A stretch of 63,996 nt of DNA, filler included, from Dimargaris cristalligena (Eukaryota), in assembly GCA_003614675.1 (NCBI GenBank). It is 10 parts of 10 records of this genome, joined end to end, with 100 filler letters (N's around TTAATTAATTAA, not from the genome) between each part and the next. Parts side by side here need not be neighbours in the genome. Positions count along the whole stretch, not along the records: positions 1 to 6,506 come from ML003511.1; positions 6,607 to 13,090 come from ML003512.1; 8 more parts are not named here. One strand, 5' to 3'. Positions 1-11,000 of the stretch are shown piece by piece. Under the pieces are notes generated by a model that saw only the letters and a program-made list of their open reading frames with translations, was not told the origin of the DNA and did not search any database. Numbering within the stretch: position 1 is the stretch's first letter; the number at the start of each line of letters is the position of its first letter. The position numbers and the translations under genes were made by a program.

Positions 1-18
1 GGTGTACTTCCAATAAGT

Positions 19-800
19 GCGAAAAATAGATAAAAAATAAAAGTAGGTAAAAAATATAGTAAGTTCACCACACTAGGTAAAAGGCTAATTGTTAGTGTCA
101 TCTGATGAAGTTAAAACAGATATTTATTTGTTTATCTCAAAACTAACTTGTCCCTTCAACTAAGGGGATACTACTAAGATATATATAAGAAATCAACCAA
201 ACTAAATAACTATAGCTAAGAGCAATACTGTGATAATTGTAAGTCATAAAAACCTAAAAATGGGGGGGAAATTGACCAACTGGCTAAACTATGGTTGTGA
301 ATAGGTTAAAGGGAAGTAAAATATAGAAATTGGAAGGTTGGAAGACACAGTCTTCCCAGTCCTCCTTCATATAGGATATTGATAAAACTAATAAAAGGAA
401 TTCATACTAAGAAGTTGTATGGTGTAATTCCAAGAGGGAATCCATCAGAGGCTAGTTATTCCCAAGCCCCACTCATAAAGGATTGTCAATAGAATAAAAG
501 GTGATATGGGGTGGTTAATCATTATGGTTTTAAAATCACCATTGATGTTAATAGCCTATAACTTCATCAATAATAGACGGAAAAGCAAATGGAAATATGA
601 TTTGGAAAGCTGAAGAAAAAGTGAATCAGCTAGCATAAAGAAATAAAATAACACTCACAGCCCCAGACTGTTCCCATGGAAATAACTCATCAATTATCTG
701 GGGGACCTTGAATCCATCCAAAGTATGACTACTTTTTGGATTAGTAATGGGTACTGGGGCTTACATGGCCTCTACCCAACTGCCCACAGCAGTGCATATG
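19..800. repeat. Dispersed AT/TpA-rich repeat family B (probable degenerate TIR element, left end)
   Basis: 234-797 aligns to the reverse complement of 25671-26236, and 19-72 aligns to the reverse complement of 6452-6506. Differences are almost all transitions. Confidence 0.8.
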
Positions 801-952
801 ATACTCTATAACTTTTAATTTCTACTTGGTAAGCCATTTTTAGACAGATTTAACTGTGTATTTAGGGTTATTATCCTATTAAAAGATCATTTAATCATTA
901 TTAATTTAATAATTTTCAACTATATTATTACCTAAGTTAACTACTTTTAGTC

Positions 953-1506
953 CATTAAGAATCCTAAGGATAGGCTTCTAATGATAGGTGAGGCTTAGAC
1001 TTGGCTAAGTGGGTCATTAGTATTAGACACAGGGTATAGTATTAACTAATAAAGGCTAGTAGCAGGTATATATAAGGGATATATAGTAGGGATACTTACT
1101 AGTTAGTATAAGGATATTCAACATATATAGAGTTTATTAGATAAATAGGGGGTAAGAATAAGCTGAGGAATCTAACTAGTCCCAATGGGGCCTAGTTATA
1201 TATATACAGGGATAACTCCAGAGGGAGGTCCTAAGGGAAGGATACTGCTAAGACTATGGAATAGGTAAATAGGCTAACTGGATGGCCGCTAGTACCTGGA
1301 AGACTCTGATGGTAATGGGAAGAGTCTTTGGATCAGCACTTGAGTGATTAGTGTGAATAGGCAGAGTCTAGAAGGGGAAGGGTTATATGATATAGGATAA
1401 TCCCATAGTACTGGGGGTAACCATGGGAAGGTTAATATGGTACTATAAGGCCTAATATAGTGGATATATAGTCTGGCCAGAATAAGGTATATTAGAAGGG
1501 CTGATA
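953..1506 (-). mobile_element. Degenerate solo LTR, family A (~555 bp)
   Basis: Colinear with 29355-29910 and 31511-32071, the latter with TGTCA...CAACA termini. Orientation inferred from TATA preceding AATAAA on the minus strand. Confidence 0.75.
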
Positions 1507-2245
1507 TTGTGGGATAAATTAATATATAACATATTGAAAAGGTAACCCAAATTAATCAATTATAACATAAGCTATTGAAACAAAAAGAAACATAAATATA
1601 AAAAATTGGGACTCAAAATATGGTCCCCCATTATACTTATTTTTTGTTTCACTTTTGCTGACCTTAACTGTATAATCCTCTATTACATCTACAGTTCACT
1701 TTTTGAGTATAAGTATCCTTTCAAATTGCAACAATAAACCAGCTTCACTTTTGGACTCTGTTATTCAGTGGTAGAATTGTATCAGTTTATAGCCTGCAGC
1801 TCTTCAATTATTTCATATTATTTGACTGTTGCTTATATTGCTAAGTGAGTATAACGAGTGCTAATTACTATTGTAAGAGTTTATTAATATATGCAGAAAA
1901 TGGCAGTAGGTGAGAGTAAGTGAATATAGTTTATAGACATATGGGACCAATAGTCATCTGAAGGCTGATAATGTACTGAAACATCCTTACTTTCTATATT
2001 GGAGGTTAAGATGGCCGAGAAGTCAAGGAAGGCAAACAGGTACTTATATTATCTTAAAGGATTACCTTCAACCATTCTGGTTGGGGGGGGTGGCAAGGCT
2101 GCTGCAGGATTAACCCTGATGGTGCTGCCAGCCCCGCCTTCTCCAGGGTGTCCCTCGGTTGGGGGTGGTTTTACCCTGGACACAGGCCCATCACCATGGG
2201 CTGCTTGGCTAATGCTAGATGCCTTGGCCGACCCTATATTAACAC

Positions 2246-3886
2246 TTAGTGGTGTCTAGGTATTTTCACTATACTATAGTTGTCGGGGCTTTTTGTGGTT
2301 TCGCTCCACCGAATCTTTATCGGCCGCTGCTCAACACCAGATGGGGCCAATTCCGGGAAAAATTTTGTGCGTAATTTGGCCGTAATAGTATTACGAAAGG
2401 ATTCTGCTTCTTGGTAAACGGAGTTGAAGCTAGCGACAATTGGAATTCTGAGAATAGATACATTTAAGGAAGCAGTATCCCTTATCTGTGCGAGTTTATG
2501 GTAGTCACTACCGTTTGGACTAGTCAAAAAGTCAACCTTGAGCTCCTTTGTCTCTGCCTTCCAATCCATGGCGTAAATAAAATACGGCTCAGTTTTGGCA
2601 AGAACCTTCTTGAGTACTCGAGATAGCCTTGTGTCATATGTATCTATTCTAATTTTCTCGGTGGAATTTTGCTCCCTTTGGACAACGCGATCATTTGAGC
2701 CGGACGAGACGGAAACAATTGGGCCTACCAATAGTAACCCCTTAATTAAGTTTTGATACCGACTGAATTGACCCGCTAATAGGCTTTGTAATATACTTAG
2801 ACTTATTGGGGTGGATGGTGGAGTTATGGCTTGTATTTTTCGGGACAATTCATGACAAATAGAGATGGCCTCCCGAAAAGATAAGGGTGATGGATTAGAG
2901 CTCATTGGAATTAGTTTGGTCTGTGCAACAGCGGAATTAACGAATGGTGAACCAGAGATTCCCTTCAAGACTAAAGCCGACTCCGCTTCGACAGGTGTTT
3001 CAGCAGGGTTACTAACGTAGGCATTGACACTTCCTACTCGTTGGAGGGGTGGTGAAAGAAATGGTGGACTATTCCTAGCGGGAGCTTGAGAAGTTGGAAT
3101 ACTCGTGAAACCCTTCGGATGAAAAGGTAATTGCCCGGGCTGGGGCTGGGACTGGGACTGAAACGGCTTCGATGATTGGGATTTTGAAAGCCCTTTGATT
3201 CTATGGTTCTGGGAATTACGATCATTATTGTAGGACGGTTTATCGATGCCACTATGTAAAACTGTACTGTGGTCCGATGGGGTGGTGCAACAGGAGTTGA
3301 GTTGGTTGTTGCCGAACAGATATTCACTTGTAGTCGGGTTTTCTATCCCCATATGCAGCCTCAAAGGCGGCTGCTGATAACAGCTAGAAGGTGGACTGGA
3401 TGTACTATGGGTGCTATGGTTTGGATATCCCGATGGCTTGCCCCGGGGTCGTTTGATGGGACAGGGCGGGTGTTCTTGAATGAGTGAGCAGTCTGAAATA
3501 GGGCTGTCGGTGGTGGGATAGAAGTCTGACCGGGGACCTTGGCCTATTACGTCTAATTCCACCGGCTGAGAGACCCTGCCACAGTTCGGGTCGTACGGTG
3601 GTGGAATGAAAGACCAATCGGCCAGCTCTACCTCCTCGTTAGAGGTGAATTGACGCAGCATAGTGGGATTAATGGCGTCGGGAAAATGGCCTGATGCAGG
3701 TTCACATTGCGGGGATACCATATTTTGTTCGTCGGAGTAGCAACCATACAACAGGATCATGGCTTCCTCAACGGACATATCGAAATTTGCAGTAAATTTA
3801 GGGACATCATCCATCGCACCGACCATCTGGATACCTAGCAAACCAATAACAGCTAGCCTGATTTTACCACCAGAGTCAACCAACAT
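2246..3886 (-). CDS. Orphan protein of ~546 aa with a putative signal peptide and Ser/Pro/Gln-rich middle
   Basis: Long intronless ORF. First plausible ATG at 3886 gives MLVDSGGKIRLAVIGLLGIQMVGA-MDD (basic, hydrophobic, small residue). CpG retained. No recognisable domain. Confidence 0.65.
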   Translation of the reverse strand: MLVDSGGKIRLAVIGLLGIQMVGAMDDVPKFTANFDMSVEEAMILLYGCYSDEQNMVSPQCEPASGHFPDAINPTMLRQFTSNEEVELADWSFIPPPYDPNCGRVSQPVELDVIGQGPRSDFYPTTDSPISDCSLIQEHPPCPIKRPRGKPSGYPNHSTHSTSSPPSSCYQQPPLRLHMGIENPTTSEYLFGNNQLNSCCTTPSDHSTVLHSGIDKPSYNNDRNSQNHRIKGLSKSQSSKPFQSQSQPQPGQLPFHPKGFTSIPTSQAPARNSPPFLSPPLQRVGSVNAYVSNPAETPVEAESALVLKGISGSPFVNSAVAQTKLIPMSSNPSPLSFREAISICHELSRKIQAITPPSTPISLSILQSLLAGQFSRYQNLIKGLLLVGPIVSVSSGSNDRVVQREQNSTEKIRIDTYDTRLSRVLKKVLAKTEPYFIYAMDWKAETKELKVDFLTSPNGSDYHKLAQIRDTASLNVSILRIPIVASFNSVYQEAESFRNTITAKLRTKFFPELAPSGVEQRPIKIRWSETTKSPDNYSIVKIPRHH

Positions 3887-5147
3887 TGTACTGTAATTGT
3901 TTATGGTAATGGGAGTAGGAGTGAGGATAGAACAGTAAAAATAGAAGTGAAGCAAAGTATTGGGAGAAGAGAAATTGGACTGATCGAGTACCGTTGATAA
4001 TGCGGAGGTTAGTAATTGAATAATGAACAGCATTGAAAAACGCGAAAACAGCTCAAATGAAAATAGATATGGAGCGAGACCTACTATATAAATACTAGAG
4101 GCTTGGGGGCTACAGTATGTAACCAATGGTCGAACGAGGTTCGCGCCGTTGATTTATTGGTTTAAACGGGAAACATGCACAGAAGGGAGTGCACATGTGC
4201 AATGCCCCTCCTATAGGCCATATAAAACTAGACCTAAAGTTCACGTTCAAGAAATACCCAATAAAAACCCTGACGAGCCTTCTTTGATTCATCCCTGGGA
4301 ATATATTGTTTTTTACCTGCGTTTTACTCAAGCTGGAGCTCCTGTTACGTTTTGGTTTTTCCCGATGGGTGGCCTAAAGGAGGTATGTGGTCTTTTTTGA
4401 AACCAACGTACAGGGATAACTCGATTCTACAGTGGGTAGGGTTAGCTAGGATACCACAAAATACCCGAATTTAAAGAGGGCCTTTCCCGGGATATCAATT
4501 GGGATAGAAATGGGCATGCTGCTTTCATTAAACATCTCGAGCTGTTTTGGCGATACTCGTGACCATACAATTAACAAGGCCGGGGTGTAGCAGCCTTTGG
4601 CCCAAAATACAAGTAAGGGATTTACTCAGGCCAAGGTGATTGTTATTCCACAAGCCAGTTGGTTAAAGTAGCCAACTGGCATACCTGTTGTTAGATGGGT
4701 TTTGCGCCAGATCCCTTGATGAATTGCAACACTAGTATATTAGTATGTAGAGCGGTCCAATGGTAAATCGCCTTTTGCGCACCACTGTCTCAATAGCTGA
4801 CTATGTCATTGGTAGATGCAGATGCATATTGCTCCACACAATGTGTGAATGCACGAATTGCCTTCTTTTGACCCTTTCTATTGTGATTGGGAGGTTATCT
4901 ACACGAAATAATGCCGTTAGTTGAATTTTATAATTAGGTGTAAATAGATACGAGAGATAAGTAGTTGTCCTATGCAGAAACGCAGCCGACGTCATTAAAC
5001 CATGTTGACAGTGCCCAGTCCGAAAAATAGTAAACATCTACGCCCACCATTGCCTCACCGACCATCTCAAACTTATCGCTAATAGAGCATTATATGAAAC
5101 ATGGTGCATTGTACCTACTCATTCGGGGTCGCTATTATAGGGCTAGC

Positions 5148-5338
5148 TGTAATAAAATAAGACCCTCCGAGAGGCGACTGTATTGTTATGCGGTAATGGG
5201 GACCGGGTGGGATAGAGTATAACCGGTTTATTGTATAGGAATACTAAAGGGGAGGAACGTCCACCGGCCTTAGGGGGGCGGGAGCACTTAGTTTTGATAA
5301 CAAGGGGGGTAAATCCCCCCGTCCTGCTGGTTGTTACA
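5148..5338 (-). mobile_element. Candidate short solo LTR (191 bp)
   Basis: Ends TGTAATAA...TTGTTACA (8-bp inverted, 1 mismatch) and AATAAA on the minus strand. No clean TSD and no second copy in the window. Confidence 0.35.
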
Positions 5339-6064
5339 CTATATCTGTTATTGGCTGAGTAGGCTGTTACAGCATAATAGCAAACGCGCTCCACTGGCTT
5401 GAGATCCGTTTATCGTTAAATGTCGGTTGGAAACTGGTCCACCTGAAATCTTTTATTGAACTGGCTCAAAACTTACTATAGTATTAAGACTGCGTAAAGG
5501 GTTAATTAAGAAGTAAAATTATTTTCTCGTATTCGCATAAACTATAAATTTCTAAAGTGGCAAATTTTCCATCACCAAACCATCCACCTTGATTTATACC
5601 TGGCACGTGACTGCTTAGGCTCTTGGCGACAACTACACATGTCAAATACATCAAATGTATAAATAGCCGAAATCGGACCTCTTTTCGTGGTATTCAACCC
5701 TTATTAACGCGTTATTGGAATTAATGGTTAGAGCTATTCAAGCTGACACCCTTTATGTTGCAGTTCCAAAACTATACTCATGTTATTAATGAGACACAGA
5801 TAGTTACTGACCAGGGGGTGTTTTTTGACTAACTTTATAATGCCCACTTTCTCTACCTATCTATTTATTACACCTATTCCATAAAACCCCTGACACTATT
5901 CACTATATATAGCCTCTGCCATCTAGGCGCATCCTTTAAATAGAGTTGCAGTTACCTCTCAAACCTGGCACTCCTAGCTTACTCAGTCTAATAACCTCAG
6001 GTTTATCTCTTATACATTTCACTAGTCTACTCTATTAGTTTTTATATAAAACCTTATTCCCCAC

Positions 6065-6449
6065 TATCAGCCCTCCTAATCTGACTTAATCCAGACCTAA
6101 TAATCACCCATCCCATTCCAGATTATAGTACCATATTAACCCTCCCATAGTTACCCCCAGTACTATGGGGTCATCCTTTATTATGTAACCCCACTCATTC
6201 AACCCCAACACTTTGCACTCCAAATACTCAGCTCACTGATCCAAGACTCTTCCAATTCCCATGAGAGTCTTCCTGATGCAAAGCCATCCAGTCAGGTTCT
6301 TTACTTATCCACACCTTAGTCATAGTAGTATTTCCCTTGGGACCTCCCTCTGGAGCTGTCCCTATATATATATAACTAGGCCCCACCAGGACTGGTTTAA
6401 TTCCTCAGCTTATTCATATCCCCCAGTTTACCTCAATAAACTCTATATA
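6065..6449 (+). mobile_element. Truncated LTR family A copy, inverted relative to 953-1506
   Basis: Reverse complement matches ~1122-1506 and ~29522-29910. It ends abruptly at the family-B end sequence. Confidence 0.75.
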
Positions 6450-6451
6450 TG

Positions 6452-6506
6452 CTGTGGTAAACTTACCACATTTTTTACCTACTTTTATTTTTTATCTATT
6501 TTTCGC
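6452..6506. repeat. Family B terminal sequence (inverted copy of 19-72), cut by the contig end
   Basis: Reverse complement GCGAAAAATAGATAAAAAATAAAAGTAGGTAAAAAATGTGGTAAGTTTACCACA versus 19-72, with 3 transitions. Confidence 0.8.
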
Positions 6507-6606
6507 NNNNNNNNNNNNNNNNNNNNNNNNNNNNNNNNNNNNNNNNNNNNTTAATTAATTAANNNNNNNNNNNNNNNNNNNNNNNNNNNNNNNNNNNNNN
6601 NNNNNN
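6507..6606. other. Artificial contig linker (first of nine; others at 13091, 19668, 26237, 32797, 39356, 45909, 52446, 58970, each 100 bp)
   Basis: 44 N + TTAATTAATTAA (stops in all six frames) + 44 N. Intervening contigs are 6484, 6477, 6469, 6460, 6459, 6453, 6437 and 6424 bp, i.e. size-sorted. Confidence 0.98.
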
Positions 6607-7033
6607 GGCGATCTTCTTGGGTAACTTCAGCTCTGGTGGACTGCAAAAGTCCCTCGAGTTGGGCTAGAGGGTCATTGGTGCTTGCCGATGGCTCAACAGT
6701 GGTAGTGGCGGGGACGGGTTCGGTGTCAGGTAACGCGAGCCCGGGAAAGTCCTTAGCCTCGGCAGTTTGGTTGTGGGGTCGGTTCGGGGCGGCTGAGGAA
6801 GACTTGGGGCCTAATGTAACGATGAGGTGATCGAGTCGTTGGACAAAACTTTCGGGAAAATCGCAGCCGGTTTCGGAAAGCTGCTGGGTAAAGGTTTTGA
6901 AGTCGGGGCTTTTGGCATGTAAGTCGATGATGAATTCAGCTACCACAGGGTCAGCAATGCTGTAGTGGTTATTAAGCTCCTTGGTGATTTTCGTGACCAA
7001 TGAATGGAACTCAAGTTTCTCGAGATCAGACAT
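6607..7033 (-). CDS. PRP22: DEAH-box splicing helicase Prp22/DHX8, N-terminal part (3' truncated by gap)
   Basis: MSDLEKLEFHSLVTKITKELNNHYSIADPVVAEFIIDLH...FPESFVQRLDHLI and FPGLALPD match the Prp22/DHX8 N-terminus. Confidence 0.9.
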
Positions 7034-8002
7034 GGTTGATGTAGAATAGCAATGTGGCCAACTTCGAAAGAGGAACTGCTAGTACTGGGTCAAGAGGGAA
7101 ATAATGGGCCAAAAGTCAAAAGACGCGAAAAGAAATATAATATAAGGTGAGTTTAGCCAACAGGAATGTGTGAATTGTGTGAAAGGATAGGAGCGAAACT
7201 ATTATGTTTGTGCTGTTGTGGTCCTAAGGGTTTGTTGTTTGTAGGTCAAATTTTTGTTCAAACAGAGTTGACCGCTTCCTAGCCATACCGAACTAGCCTC
7301 CTATACACGCCACGGAAGTTATTATGGCAGGTCCTCATTTCGGTCTATTTGGTCCTGAGTACACCATGTCACAGTATATTAAATAATAGATTCGGTTTTA
7401 TAATGTTCCAGGTTATAGCAAAACCCATACTATGGTGTTATTGGGTTCTGCTTAAAATCCCATATACTCTACAGCTATCCATCAGCATTAATAGAGGGTT
7501 TCGGCATATAATCCTAAAGGAACGGTGATCAAAACTAGAGTATGTGGATATAAGTCGGTCAAGGGTTTGGTAAGTCGTGCGCTGTTTGAGGCCATTAAAA
7601 ATATTCATAGAGCCAGTCCTCAAATACTACTGCCAGTGGCTTGAGACAACCATTTGACCAAAAAAATAAAAGAATATACAATTACCAACTGGCCACAGAT
7701 TTCCTCCTTTTCGATCCGCAGGCGACCAGATTTGCAAGACAATAGGCTATTTGATATGCTGGTATAGTAATCCCGCATTCCGGCCACTCCCACTTTTTAT
7801 TGTGCTTCTCACAACACCCACGGTCTGCATTTCATTTGCATTCAATAGAATAGTAGCCATTCCCCGGAACTCCCAGCTCGTCCATTAACCACCTCATTCC
7901 GGCACTGCTGTTTACTCTCTAGTCCTACCGGGGTTAGCCTTCCTATATATACCAAACCCCCCGTTGCTCCAACCTTCGGTGTCGACCGTTCCGCTATGCC
8001 CG

Positions 8003-11000
8003 ATGCGGTCGTTTGGTGTAGTTTCCGATTCAGCCTACCCTCATGTCACTTGGCCCCAAACGCTAGTTACCGAAACCAACCGGACCCTAGACCATTACAA
8101 CCCAACCACTTATAGTTTTCAGTCTGCCACCCGTAAGAAACATGGTCCTCCCCATAAACCCAGCCCGGAAACGGCTGAACATGCCACCATGATAGTAGAG
8201 CGTCATGACCGGATGGCTAAACTGGAATTTAATAATGTGATTAGCGCTGGTAAGCGTGGTAATTGGGTATACACGCCCTCCGCCGCGACTCACGCTGCTC
8301 CTTCGTCAGCATCTGATCGTTCTTCCGATCCGGATTTTACGGGCTCGGTAGCTAGTCACGGCGGAGTACCGTCCCAGTTCGACATTGGGAGTCGGCGCCG
8401 TTATACCGGAGATTACCGCTGGGAGCAAAACCAATCACTAGACCAAAACAACCCATTTAGCTCCCTCTTCCATCTTAATTGTATCGTCCCTTACCAACAC
8501 CCCAGTTCGCGACCCTTACCGCACCTACAGCAGTGGTGTCCCAAAAACCAGACCGATCCCCTCAAGTTTCTAAGTGAGATTCATGCATCCGAGACTGATT
8601 TCCCAAGTATTTTGCGTGATATTGATCCAGTCATCCAGGCCGATTTACAGGAAACCCGCGATGCGGCCGTTTGGGATTACACCCAAGGGCTAACGTCGGC
8701 GGTATTGTTCGGACCCAGCTCATCATCCCCGGATTGTGAAAATCCAATATCCAGACCAACCCGGTGGATTGCTACAGCCGCCGGTCCACGCCATACCGAC
8801 ATTCGATTATTACCCCTTGATGAGTATCTTGGACGGCCCTACCCCAGCCCCTCACCACTATTTCGAACGCCCAAAGTGCCGTTTACCTCCACATTTAAAC
8901 TAGCGGCGGATTGGGGCCATAATGCAATGTCCTTCGCCACCCCGATCCGCGAAATCATTTCGCTATCCACATGCCGCCGGCGACTTGGACTGCACGACCC
9001 AACCCAGATACTGCCGGATTATGCCGCCATCCGCACGGCGGGCCATATCAGTGTGGGGCATTTCGATATGTGTAGTGGCGACTCTTCCTCATCTCAATTC
9101 AAACTCAGCCAGTCTTTGGCTCTGCCCTGTGAGCCTATGGGAATGGCCTTCAATCCGCACTACGGCCGCGAACTAATTTTAACCGATCGCCACCGGAACC
9201 TACGGCTATGGGATGTCAACCTAGCGAAACCTACCTGGAAGGGCTCGTTGCCCGACCCGGAAGTTCACCCGGACCACTACGGCCACCAATGGTCCGCCTG
9301 CGCCTTTGGGCACCACCCCCGAGTGTTCTGGGTGACGGACCAGCGGACTTGCCATACCATTGACACCCGGGCCCCTGAGCGGACTGGCCGTACCCTGATC
9401 TATCGCATTCCGGGCTATAACTGGCACCCCGATCGGGGTTTGCAAGCGTCCACCGGATTAGTGAGTCGCAAAAAACTCGATCGACGGCGCCTCGAATACA
9501 CGTTTGGAGGGGTCTATCGGGGAATCAAATTACTATTCCGGGTTACCGCCCCCCCGGCATGAGTACCACATCACGGCCTTAACTCCCTGCGCAGTGAACC
9601 CCTTCCAGGCTTTTATCGCCACCCATGAGAGCATTATGGCGTTCGACCAACGGGCCCCGCAACATCCTACGCTCTGGATCAATCATAACCAACCCGGCGC
9701 GGCTCCGCGGCATCTCGAAGCCTGGCGAACAACTGATATCGATTTTGGGTGGGCGTATCCTCCACCCACGTCACCCGATACCTCCGGCGGTCAGGATTCA
9801 TCGTCGGACAGTGACTCGCATTCCGATTCCGATACTTCCATCAAGCAAGAGTTCAAGACCGAGTATGAGGAACCACATGTCGAGGCCGCCTCGAGTTCAA
9901 TATTCCAAAGATCCCGGCTTGACTGCCACACCCATGAAGGCCGGTTATTTGCCTGTGACCCCGCGGACGGCTGGATCCAGAGTTATTCCTATCATAAAAT
10001 GGCTATTACTCCGTGCCAGCCCGCGGCGGATCCGGAGGGGTCAGAAGCCCAGAAGACCTTTAGCAGCCGGACCGCTCCACGGTTTAAAGGGGAGGAGGTT
10101 CAATTTAAAACCGAGCCCGAGTCTCCGCTGCCTCAGAAGACTAGACCCCAACCCGTCATTACCGCAGCTACCGTCGGCTCTTACAGTTTGGATGAGGTTT
10201 TACGGGGAGCCTCGCTCCAACCTGGAGCTACTTGTGGTATCAATCGATACCCTCAACCTAATCTCGGTCGACTACAGAAACCTGCCTCGACGGAGGATTC
10301 TAAAGGGGTCGGCATGCTCCGCCATTATCTGGCCAGTGTTCTTAACAAAGGCCCTGATGCTGAACCGGTCGACTTTAAACAATATTTGAATACCGGGTTT
10401 TCGGGGTTTTTACCCAAGTCGCAACGCCAGTATACCCATCACAATTCTAATCATCGGGCGGCCAGAATCCAAACCAAACTTGAATTATGTGTCCTCACGC
10501 CATCGTATTATGGTCCCACCGCCAGCGATGGCCACCAGTTAACTGACGAGCCCCCTCCGGTTACCCTCGGTCCCTTGGGCCCGACCCATTTACCCTGGGC
10601 CGTTTCCGATTTTATGAATGCCGTGACCCCTTACCGCCACCACCCGGCGAGCGAAATCGGGACTTACGTGGGACAAATTCCGAGTCAGCCGGCTCAATCC
10701 AATTTCCACCACCCGCCTGGCCGACGGTTCCCATCCCTGAGCGGATTGGTGATCGATCCCCAGTGGAATTTAAATAGCGGGGCCGCGGCCCCCGTACGAA
10801 CCCTGGACGCCCGTTTCCATATCTACCAAGTCATCCCCACGGGGGCGATTTACCACCAGGTGTACGGGAATGCACGCACTAGTACTTTCCTTCACGAGTG
10901 TTATGAGTGCTATTGTCACCAGCCCCACCCACAAGCCCCTGAGTGCTGCGCCACGTGCCAATCGGCTACCAAAAACGCCCGGGAGTTGGCCGAGGAATAC

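Noticed and set aside
3887-4126. N-terminal 80 codons of the 626-aa ORF call
   Set aside because: Starts at a non-ATG codon and spans the TATA and T-rich 5' region; ATG 3886 gives a better signal-peptide start.
6261-6554. Similar short ORFs at 6261-6554 and 29425-29685, and at 13628-13816 and 40064-40297
   Set aside because: Chance frames inside LTR copies, not a gene family.
9625-10389. 254-aa overlapping ORF and other shadow ORFs (e.g. 51091-51795, 36595-36984)
   Set aside because: Alternative or antisense frames of GC-rich genes with no motifs.
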